From NCBI GenBank assembly GCA_965645245.1, contig OZ287085.1, positions 310,001-374,000 on the forward strand: a DNA stretch of 64,000 nt, read 5' to 3'. Positions 1 to 10,820 of the stretch are shown here, in pieces. A model generated the notes under the pieces. That model was given only the letters and a program-made list of their open reading frames with translations. It was not told the origin of the DNA and ran no database searches. Source of the DNA: Massalongia carnosa. Lineage: Eukaryota. Both the position numbers and the translations under genes were made by a program. Every line of letters starts with the position of its first letter. Positions within the stretch are counted from its first letter, which is position 1.

Positions 1-879
1 GCGCGCGCCTCTGTAGTCTCGTATATCATCCTTTCCTCTAAGGACTTTAACAGAGCCTGGCATAGAGAGCATTACTCCAGTTTCGTCATATTATATATAT
101 TTTCTGCCAGAATGGCTGGATCTTGTAACACCGGTTCAATAATCTCAAACCAGTGCGTGATCTTCTCAAAGGTGTCTTCTCGTGACGCTTCCAGTCTAGT
201 GCCCTTACTCTTCTCGCTTGGAGTTCTGGATAGCGATTCTCCAGAGCCTTGGCCCAATTTTTGCTGGGAGGTTTAGGTGGTCTCTCCGACGCAGGCCGCT
301 GGCGGGTGGCACTAAAGGCAATCGAAGGTATATGCTTCATTCGCACGGGGTTGTCCGAGGTGATACATTTGTAATAAAAAGTCAATAACGGCTTTAACTT
401 CAGATGGGGTTAGATACTGTTGGCTTTGGGCCTTCTCTTCAATGGACCGTCGTCCGTGTGCACGATGATAGAGGGTAGTGTGAGCGACCTTGCCATGATC
501 TGCTAGGGCACGGTATGATTTAGGAACGCCAGGAGGAACGCCTTGTGCCAGTACCTGACTGGCCTTGTCCATGTTAGCTTACTGTGGTGTTGGTGTTGGG
601 GAGGAACGGGTGACAGCAGAGGGTCAGGCGCGATCTGAGGTGGGAATGACCTGGACCCTGAAGAAAGGCCCATTTTTGGGCCTTTCTATTTTTATCCGCT
701 CGCAAATCTCGAATTCTTAAGGCATCGCTGGACGGCAATCGAGGACAAGCTCCTGGGCGACTGTACAGTAGGACTTGACAATTTGCAAGATCAGAAATTC
801 AAGATTCTTTACATTGACTTGTGAAATCAGTGTCGGGTTTTTCCTGCACGCGCGCTTTCTCTGCACGGGCTCGACGGTT
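1..879 (-). mobile_element. Fot1/pogo-like DNA transposon, 5' part, frameshifted; runs off the window start
   Basis: ORF fragments 572-312, 385-86 and 257-72 join into a pogo-type N-terminus (TTLYHRAHGRRS..QQYLTPSE; KNWAKALENRYPEL; ENIYNM). The right boundary is approximate. Confidence 0.75.
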
Positions 880-1351
880 TAGTTACTTGCACTTTATCCA
901 GCCTCGTATGGGCACCTGGGGAGGTCATTATCATGTCCATCAATACAATTCTAGATGGAGAACCAATTTTTTTTATGAGAATTTGACTGCACATTCAAAC
1001 TTCGTGCCTTACAGTACATTCGACATAGCATGGAATGGTCTCAAGTGATCCAGTCTGTTCTGGCTGCAAGCACTCGTGTTGTGGCGTTTCAACCGCGGCT
1101 ACCTCCCTCTAACACCAGGGTCGACCACATCTTCGCGGGATGTCGTTGATCAAGGAAAACACTCAAAAGAAGAACTTATACAGAAAAACACAGTTTATCC
1201 GATTGTTCTAGAATGTGATAAAATAGAGACTTCCCAGTGAGTCAAGTAGACAATTCTTGCGATCAAGCAGAAGCTAAAACTTGATTAGACCTGCGGTTGC
1301 GTTCGCCGCATATCGCTCAATCTACTAAAGATATCTCCACATTCAGCTGCT

Positions 1352-4300
1352 ATGTACCAGTCCGAACAGATATATACCCTTCAAGTCACAGCGTTATCCA
1401 GCTCTCAGAACGGAGCGAATACAGCGTGGACCACTTGCATAAGTTTGAATGATGCAGTAGTAGCGCAAGACGTTGCGCTTATCGACCCTTATAATGAATT
1501 TGAAGCAGCTGAATGTAGGTGGTATCTCGAAGACTTTGCAGCAGTCTCACCAGACCAAACTGGGCGTGAAAAGATGGCAGCGGCCGACATCGATCGGTAT
1601 GGAAGGTCATTAGAAAGACAATTGCAATTGGGGAAGCTCTTGGATGATGGGTTGAAAAAGAGGGAAGCGAGCGATGTTGTGATTGAGATCGTCGTTCAAG
1701 ACGGTGGGGACTCCTCCAATCGGTCTAACAGTTGTAGCATTCACCGTCTCTACTGGGAGTGCCTCGAAAATCCTGATTACTGGATAACATCGACTCCTAT
1801 GCGAAAGATCATCGTGCGACGTCAGATCCACCAAGCCGATCAGAATGCGGGAGATCCTGAGACCCCGAACGAAATGAAGCGCCTCGGTCATTTTCTGTTC
1901 TTCTAGTAACTGCTCGGGATTGCTCAACAACAGCAGCTAGGAAACAGGAAATTGACCCGTTTGCGATTATGTCCATTCTACTCCATGTCAGGACTTGTCT
2001 TTCGGAGTCTGGTCATCACGAAGCATTCAATGTGGAGGTCGTCCGCCCCGGAACTTTCACCGCATTTGAGAGTCACTTGCATCGCAAGTTCGACCTCGTC
2101 CATTTTGATCTCCATGGAGTAATTCGGAAACGCAAAGGCAAAGATGTGGCGTGTTTGAAGTTCGCCGCGGAAGACTCACCAGAGGATTTGATACCGGTAT
2201 CCGCGGCAAAGATTGCGACGCTGTTGCGCAAGCATCACATTTCTCTCGCTGTCTTGAACTCCTGCAAATCATCCCAAGCCGGTAGCAGTGACGATGCCAA
2301 CCTCGCAAAGGATTTTGTAAGAGCTGGCATCGCCCAGGTTCTTGCCATGTCAATGTCAGTATCTCAAACAGCTGCCTTGATATTTGTACGCACTTTCTAT
2401 GGTTCCATGGTCTTAGGTCATCGTGACTTTATCCATTCCGTGTCCAATGGCCGAAAAGCACTTCGACAACAGACCCAGCGCCCGACGAGATTTGGGTATC
2501 ATATGGAAATAAAAGACTGGATCATTCCAACTTTGTACACGTCTGAAGTGGTTTCCAAACAGGACGTTCTGGGTAATCTTCGTCCGAGTCTCTACAATTT
2601 ACACCATAGCATCTTGGGAAATTCTCAAAGCACAGGACAGGCTCATCTTAATGGTCGGCATTTTGACATTTTACGCGTGGAACGTCAGATGCTAGAACGC
2701 CAAATCATTTTCTTGACCGGGCAATCCGGTGCTGGAAAGACTGCTCTTCTACAGACAATGAAGAATCTCTGGGAGTCAACCAGTTTCGTCAATTGGGTTT
2801 CAAATATTGACTTTACAGCCAAGATATTCCCTTCTGCAGCCTCGGTTTTTACGGAAATGCTCTTACAATTGGGACTTGATGCCGACAGTGCTTCAACGTA
2901 CGAAAGTACTCCAATCCCAGAGCTCCAACATGTTTTAATTGATGCAATATTCAATTGTAACTACGCTATACTTTTTGATGGTCTTCAAATTTCCCACTCT
3001 GCCCTAGGAGAGACCTGGTTCCATCTGTGTTTTCACAAGAGGCACGGAATATGTTCAACAGCTTCGTGAACGAGTTGGCTCAAAAGAAGACACGTGACAA
3101 AAAGCGATACCCTATAATCGTTCTTGCTGGAAGAGAAGCTGATATTTAATTGTGGAAACGCCATCTGAATCCAGTGGATTGTACGGACGAGGCTCTCTAC
3201 TACCTGGACGGCCTTGACATGGCATACGCTATCCCAATGGCGCGCCAACTATCTCTGATACAAACACCAATTCAAGATGATCCGGTATTCATTAGAGACG
3301 AAACTCTTGAGTTAATGGTACGCTTGTTACAAGGGAATCCGCTCTCGCTACTCACGATCTGCCCGCTCATTAATCTGACTAAGAAGGCGACTCTGCAAGA
3401 GCTTATTTTCGAATCGGTGCCGGCCCTTATACCTGCATTCCAGGATAAAGGGAGCGTATTTATGTGTGAACTTCAGCACATCTGCAGCATGATGGACGAT
3501 GATCGTGGAGTAATTTGGAGATCCTTGACGTTTTTCTAGCACGAAGGGCCGCTGGTAAAGCCCTGGGTTGAAACTCTGGCAAAGTTATCTGGCTTCGAAC
3601 TTGACAATCCCGAAATGGCTGAAGGGGTCAGCAACGACGTTGTCCGCGCGTTTCTGGCTGCTTCTGATCGAGGATTGTTGGGGCTCGTCTCCTGGAAAGT
3701 CAAGTGGATCCACCCTCTCTTCACGATATACCTTCGACTACTATTCCTTCAAAAAAAAAACAGACAGCAGAACCCAAACCCAGAGGATTGATCGAAACGG
3801 GAGCTCAACTATATTGAACGAATACAACCGTCCACTGCATGAGGCTGCGGAGCTATGAAAACACATTCTTAACGCAATCCAGGAGCGTCTCGTAGTTGAC
3901 CTCGAAGTTAGTAGACGGACAGGCGCCCGATTCGAAGCTACATGCAACAAGCTCAAAGTAGGGGCTTTCAATTTCTTCACCTGCATTAGAGCATGCACTG
4001 AACGCTCAGACGGCCAACTGCAGCTTGATGACTGTCCTCTTGCTGGAATAAGCTTATATACACAATTCAGTCGACAAATTCTCCTGTCTTCAGAGCTATC
4101 GTACACCACCAATTTGTTCAAGTCAGTTATCAATCGACTCGTAGACGAGTTTGATAGATTAGCTATACCTCCTAAATTACAGCTACTCGCACTACAAACA
4201 CTCAATCACCTGGCCGCTGTCCATGCACATGAGATGCATAGACCGGTTGCAGAGGCTATGGTGTATCTTAACAGATCTAAGAATATTATTGAGGCTTCGG

Positions 4301-6126
4301 AGGCCGCGTTCGGACCCATGGAAGGATATCTTGTGCTCTGCCACAAATCACTTTGCTTTAAATACCGAGCATTTTTCCTCCTGCGTGAATTCAAGGAAGA
4401 GGAAGCAGAAAGCGCATGGAATGACATGTTGGAAGTTGATCGGGTTATCTACGATGAAGTCTTGTGTGAGTCTAATTCATCACAACCTCATTCTGGTGGC
4501 GTGGATGTGACCGTACATGTTTCTAACACCGATCTGAAACCGACGGGAGATGACATCAGAGCTGTTCCCGACGCATGGCGGGAACTTAAACATAAGTCAT
4601 GGAGGGATTTGAAACGAATGTTCTCGGCCGTGAATATCACAGAGTTCTCGAGTGGCCTGGGTCTCAATGATATTGCCGATTTTACAGATTCAAGTAGAGC
4701 ACTACACGGCGTCGCGGAGGCATTCAAAGAACAAGGTGTTCACGGCTTTTCAGCAGACCCAAGATGGTGGCCGTCAAGATTCGACATCAATAGGATGCTC
4801 GCACACTCCGAAGACCGTGCAAGTCGACTAAATGCTTTGCAGACCGCGCGCAGCAATGGATCGTGGTCAGAAGCTGCAAAGCATCATCTCTGGCTCGCAA
4901 ACACTGCACAAAGAGAAGCAGATGTTGATGTTGCGCTCCATCACTTGGAGGAATGTGTAAAACTACGGCAAAAGCTGAACGGTGACGACGAGGATCTTCC
5001 AGACCTTGAGAAACGAGTGGTGCTCTTAAAAAGCTTTCAGCAATGTGCAGAACTAGCGAACACGATGGATAGCCATGGCCTCGCCAAAGATTATGACAGC
5101 GCTTTAAGCCTGTATGACGAATTTGCACGTTTGATTGACTCGGTCGACTGGGGCTCGGAGACAATCAGTGCACAGTTGAAAGAGCAAGCAGAGGTGCAGA
5201 AAGATCATCATGAGTTTCTGGCAAGCACGCAGAAATGCCTTCTAGGGAACTCTAGCGACCCTTCCAGCACCGTCGATGCTGACGAAAAAGAACGTCAGCA
5301 CCGCAATTACCGCGTGATATATGCTCAAGTAGGCCGACAAATAGGCTTCGCGCCCCGCAATGCTTGCACCAGTGAGTACAACAAACGCCTCCAGCGTTTG
5401 CTCACATCTTTGCTGTCAGAAGATACCAACGAGATGCTCCAAGCGTCGGATTCTCTGCTGGAGATGAAAGAGACACCGTTGTTTTCCGCACTTCAGAAAC
5501 TACCCCATTGGTCGAAGCAGTTCAAGGCCTTAGAAGATATGCACGTTCACCTCCGGAGGGCCAATGCTGCCGCAGAAGAAAGATGGGAAGAGGCGGTAGA
5601 ACTTGCAGAAGAAGCCATTGCTGCTTTAGATGACGATGCTCCAGAGAGCGTGAGGCTCGAGTTGCCCGAAGAGTGGAAGGAACACTGCCAGAAGCGGAAA
5701 GAAAAGATTAAAGACCTTGATAGGCTTCGACTAGAAGCGAATCGCGACCAGGATTGGGCTCGGGCCATCAGTCTCACAGAAGATCTTTTGACACGAAGTG
5801 AGAGCAGGGTTGCCGACCCAGCGATGCGTATTTGGACTTTGCGAGAGATGGAAAGAACACGCATCAACATGCACCAGGCTTCCTTCAACGAAGCTCGCAA
5901 CTCCAATGATTTTGGCAGCATGCTAGAACATGCGAAGGCTCTCAAGCTTATTGCGGAGTCGCAGCGTTTGCCGGAGAACACAACACCAGACGATGAAAAG
6001 CTGGATACGGACGAGACTATCAAGGTTGAGAAATCGGTCGAGAGGGCGGTCGAGTTTCTACGAGTTGTGCAACCCGTGGGCGCAGAGGCCTCAACTTTCG
6101 CACAGGCACAGTGTAGTTTGCTCTAA
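1352..6126 (+). pseudogene. NLR-like CHAT (caspase-family) protease - STAND NTPase - TPR-like helical repeat protein, ~1590 codons when reconstructed, disrupted
   Basis: CHAT motifs FSVLLVTARD, VVRPGTF, VHFDLHG (His 2113) and AVLNSCKS (Cys 2263). Walker A GQSGAGKT (2719-2742), Walker B-like YAILFDGL, GNPL and IHPLF motifs, then a long helical C-terminus. Frameshifts at ~1865, ~3010 and ~3755; in-frame stops at 3147, 3537 and 3856. Confidence 0.85.
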
Positions 6127-6180
6127 AATTTGAATCATGATTATACGGATCATCCGGCCGAACTATCCCAAAGAAATAAA

Positions 6181-7082
6181 CTACTGCAGTTGGTAATCCG
6201 CAAGCAAACGCTTGTCCAGTCCGCTTTCTGTGAACAGTGCCTCGCTCCCTGAGCTATTATCGTTGGGATCCGAACTATCATCATCGTCGTCGTCATCGTT
6301 ATCGTCGCCAGCATACAGTTCATGTCCATCCTCGGCCCTATGGATCCTCCCATACTCGGCCTCTGGCTCTCCTCTTGACCATACCCTCACCCCTTTCAAC
6401 TTGATCACTCGATACCTCACGGCAAACACAAACTCGCCATTTGCCGCATGCCGCTTAAACCAACCTCCATCAAACGTCTTCTCACGGATCCTCCAGGGTT
6501 GAACAGTTCCGGCGCAACTACGGGTGACAGCGGTGCCGCACTAGAGCCAATAGCTGCCTCATTCGCGATCTCAGCTATCGGCAGTTCTGTATCCAACTTG
6601 ACATGTTTGAATAGTCCCTGGTTGACAGCGATCTGCGCATCCACCAGCGACTTCACGCCAACGACCATGTAGCCCTTTCTCTTCGCGTTTTTTCTGCTCA
6701 GGAGCTTCAGCACCTCATGCCGTGCCTCGCCCTTGACAACGGCATCAAACACGTCGCGCTGCTGCTCCAAGCTCCGCGTAATGACTCTCTTCCCCCTCAT
6801 CTCTCGCGTCAGGCCTTCGCCCCGCTCCCGACTCAGCCCGATTATCTTCCCCAGATGGCCTCCCACCCCGCTGCCGCTATTGGCATTCAGCGTGATCTCG
6901 ACAACTTCATCGGTGACTTCGATGAGACTGTCGTCGACGTCGACGAGCGTGGAGATTCTTGGCGCGAACTCCTCGGGCGGCCAGAGAGGGTCGGCGACGA
7001 TGCGCCCGAGGAGTTTGGACGTGTAAGAGGCCGGGAGTCGGTCGTTGAGGAGGATATACGGCGGTTTTGACTCGTCGGACAT
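6181..7082 (-). pseudogene. Fungal gasdermin-like (RCD-1/HET-Q1-type) pore-forming protein, 300 aa when one frameshift is repaired
   Basis: ATG at 7082 in caaaATG context. Motifs LLGRIVADP, YMVVGVK and, after a -1 frameshift at ~6483, GEFVFAVRYRVIK, followed by an Asp-rich linker and short tail. Size, motif order and protease neighbour fit fungal gasdermins. Confidence 0.75.
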
Positions 7083-8090
7083 TTTGTTTCCTTGGTACCT
7101 TCGAGGGACTGTTACGAGCAGGTATTTCACCTTATGAAGCTTGCCTAAAGCAAGAGCTTTTGGTGACCTTGGAAGTTGTAGATAAAGGTGAGGAAGAAAA
7201 GCTTCCAAAGCTACTCTAGAAATATTATCTATGAAGGTGTTCAGCCCTATAAGATTAACGTTTCTCCGATAGGGCTGCTTGATGATCGTCGAAGTCCCTG
7301 CCGACATATCCACTCCCTTCGACTACCTGACGAACAGCGACAGAGTGCCTGGTTCTCAAGTCCGACTTCTGGCTGCATCTGTACGAGACGGCTGTGTTGT
7401 CAGATGGTAAGGACTACCATCATGGGCATTCATCTAGTGCTTATCTTCGGCGACTCTACCACGGGGACCGAGGTGACTTCCGGGGACCGAGATTCAGTGG
7501 ACCGGCTGACTCCTTATGAAAAGGGTCGCCGAAAGGTCTCTAATGTGACTGCTATATAATGAAGTAGATAGCTCACATATAACCCATACCTTTAATGACA
7601 ATCATGCTATTATACCTACACGTGAATTTTACTATTCATCATGTGTACCCCGCGAATGTACGGACACACACACACGGGTGGGATGTCGCGAGCTGGCGAG
7701 GGAGTGGAGAGTCGAGACGGATTGGGAGATGAAAGAACCGAAGGAGCCCAAGCCTGCTCCAGGACAGAATGGTATTACGTCGAGCAACGAGTAGGCGACG
7801 GGGGTATAGAGTTTTCAGACGAAGTCGTTACGTTTGGTGACAGCGAAAACAACACGTAGCAAGTAGGGCCAGGTCATAGAACTACTAGATATTCACGATG
7901 TTTTCACTTGGTCCGTGCGACTCTAGAAGACAAATCAAGAAATTTGTCACTCTTCATGCCTCGCAACTACAGATTGTTAGTTGCCACCTTCAAATGCAAC
8001 ACAACAACATCAGATTTTCCAAGACGACTGCCGCCTTAACCATCAGCCACTGCAACAACTACCCAACCACGAAACTCAAGTCCTACGGCC

Positions 8091-8699
8091 CTACTTTCCT
8101 TGCTCCTGTTCGATATCTGCCTCGGCTTTCCGATAGACTTCCATGGTCGCAATAGCATCTTCTACGCTCGACACCCGACCCTGCTTAATCGGACGACCCA
8201 GCACCTCCAGCGCCAGATTCTTGAGACTTGGGCCCTGGTGGGAGCTGCGATTGGCGTATTGGCGATACCTACTGTACTTTTGAGTGTCGCGGACTGTTAT
8301 GTCGAAAGTGACCGGAGTGAGCCGCAGAGCAAAACCTTGAAGCCGTAGGATGTGGGAAGGCAAATCCATTGAGATGACTTTTAGATCTTTTTGAATATCG
8401 TGGCCGATCACAATGCGATCGCGGAGAAGCTCGACCAGATGGGCCTGAACTTCAGAAAAAGGTTGAGCGCCGTTCTGCGGATCGATGTCGTTCAAGTCAA
8501 TTCCGGAAAACTGTTCGTTGGTGTTTGTAATAGTGATGGGCTCGGGGTAGCATACAAAAGTGTCGAAGATGGTTGCACCTTCGTAATTGACAACAGAGAC
8601 GCGGCCGAGGACCTGACCGATGTTGGACTGCATCATTTCGCAGTCAATGGCGATTTTTCTCGGTGAGGATGTCATAACCTGGGCCTCCTGGCTTATCAT
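8091..8699 (-). CDS. REX4/ISG20-like DEDD 3'-5' exonuclease domain protein (202 aa)
   Basis: ExoI IAIDCEM followed by GRVSVVN, ExoII IGHDIQKDL, RDTQ, PSLKNLA..VLG, and ExoIII SSVEDA. The ORF is uninterrupted. Confidence 0.85.
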   Translation of the reverse strand: MISQEAQVMTSSPRKIAIDCEMMQSNIGQVLGRVSVVNYEGATIFDTFVCYPEPITITNTNEQFSGIDLNDIDPQNGAQPFSEVQAHLVELLRDRIVIGHDIQKDLKVISMDLPSHILRLQGFALRLTPVTFDITVRDTQKYSRYRQYANRSSHQGPSLKNLALEVLGRPIKQGRVSSVEDAIATMEVYRKAEADIEQEQGK

Positions 8700-10820
8700 T
8701 TGATCTCGTGCCCTTTCGTTAATCTTTATATTCAGAATCTCATCGATATTCCGAAATTTGGAAAAGGCTCAATCGGAAGCGGTGAGTCGACAATTCATCG
8801 TCCTACTATGTCGTATAATTGTAATACCACATTGTACACTAAGCAAATGACACAAAGCCACCAGTGATACTTGACCGGAGCACGTGATTTGAAGTGTGAA
8901 ATGGATCTGGCGAAGCGCTTTGGCAAACTGTGGCTGGGAAATCAAACGTCGCTTGTAGTGCGCCACAGTCTTCTAAGATAGGTATGAATTCGAAATATAA
9001 TACACGCTTAGTACGAAATAATGTAATCTCGCTAATGCACGCTAATTTACGCTAAATTATCACATCACTGTCGCCGGGCGAAACTCCCAGGACGTATGTT
9101 TCCGAAATCAGAATATCTTTAAATTTTAGGGCAATAATTATTCTTTTCTAGTGACACTTTCGTGTGATGGCTCTGTAATTTAAAAAGTTATAGATGGTCG
9201 TGATTAAGCAGGGGGGAACCGCTGAAGTAGTTCTTAACGCCAGCAACGGAATGATCGACCGCAAGATAAAAACCCCGGTATTATTTTATTGCACATTGGT
9301 ATCGGGTGTAGAAATAGCTGTAGAACAGAACATATTAAATGAAATTTTATAGACTTGCATGTTAAAGACTTGAGATACCTAAAATATGAATTTGTTTCTT
9401 GACAGGGCGCGTTTCTCGATGCAGGGACGCACGTTACCTCAGGACAACCAATAAGATGTGAACTGATTCCATTGCTCTAAACATATAGACAAGAATGATC
9501 TATAACCATAAAACACCATCCGTCAGCGGAACTCAACCCGAATCTCCATGCTTATATTGTGACGATCAAATGACCAATCAAAGCTAGTCCAATCGAATGC
9601 TAATCTGACTTATAGAAGGATATCTCTGAAGTGTATAGAGGAGCGCTTCCGTCTGCTTAGGGAGCCATAGTGAAATTTGCTTTCCCACTTCCCCGAGTAG
9701 GCACATTCGTAGGAGCGACATCGAGTGGCGATGTTCGAGACGGCATATCAGAAAGCATGTCGTACTCGTCAAAGAGGTGTGGGAACTTGCGGCGCAGTCA
9801 CCTGCTCAATGGACTTCTGACAGGTTTGGGGGGACGTCCGTTGGATAGTCTTCGTTGAAAATTGATAATAAGGCAAATGATTCTTAGGCCTGCTTTGCTG
9901 TTATCTTGAATTGATAGTTCTAGCGCTATTGCTATAATGAGTGGGACTTGCCAAAACATATATGGAAGCTTCCGGTCCTCATATACTAATCATGGGTGCC
10001 GCCATTTCTGGATACCACCAGCTGTGGATGCCTCCATTTCTGGATACATACAGGATGTTGCCAATTGTGGATGCCACCAGTTGTGGATGCCGCCATCTGG
10101 TTCGCCTTCTAATAATGCAGCCAATTCCGAAGTGCCTAACAATAGTCCCTGATTATCTTATATCGAACGATCCTAGAGACATTACACGAGGTTATCAACT
10201 TTCTCACAGACAGCGCAAAAGTATAGGCAGCATGGCGATAGTGAAAAGCGAACGGCTCCTTTGAGAAAAGCTTCGCAAGCGGACAACAAACATACAAATC
10301 AACGGAAGAATCGAACTGGCCTCCTCCCGAAAGAGAATTGTGAGTACGCCTGGTCTGCGGTCAGACCAGTACTGGAGATAACAGGGGATGCACGGCCACC
10401 AGTGACACGGATGTCCTGCAGATTTTCACGGTCACAAACCTCGGGAAACTTAGAGGATGCAAAAAGCCAATCAACCTGATAAAAGCCAAGTCGGCTTCAG
10501 ATTTCTCGATAAGGTGGAACACAATAGTGATCGCGCCCTTGCTAACAGACGTACCTTGACTGCAGCCCAGAACAAGTCATTACTGCGAGGAGGGTTGGAA
10601 GGCATGAAATTTATAATGATAATGTGGCTGGGCTATTTGATAGGCTCGCAACGGGGAGATTGAAAGAAGTCTGGGCATGGATATCTAGGAGTTGTGCTAT
10701 AATTGCCTTGATAACGTCAATTGTAAAACACTCAGTCTCTCTAACTTTTGGGTCATAATCGCCTCAAGAGCAAGATTGAAGAATTGTGAAGACATACTCC
10801 CTCATTTTCCTAATATGCAA

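Noticed and set aside
7083..7313. 77-aa N-terminal extension of the gasdermin ORF
   Set aside because: The track start is upstream, but family-like sequence begins at the ATG at 7082, which has a good context.
9940..10152. Short GTGGATGCC repeats with GGGACT/AGTCCC ends, possible MITE
   Set aside because: The inverted ends are too short, and no TSD or second copy was found.
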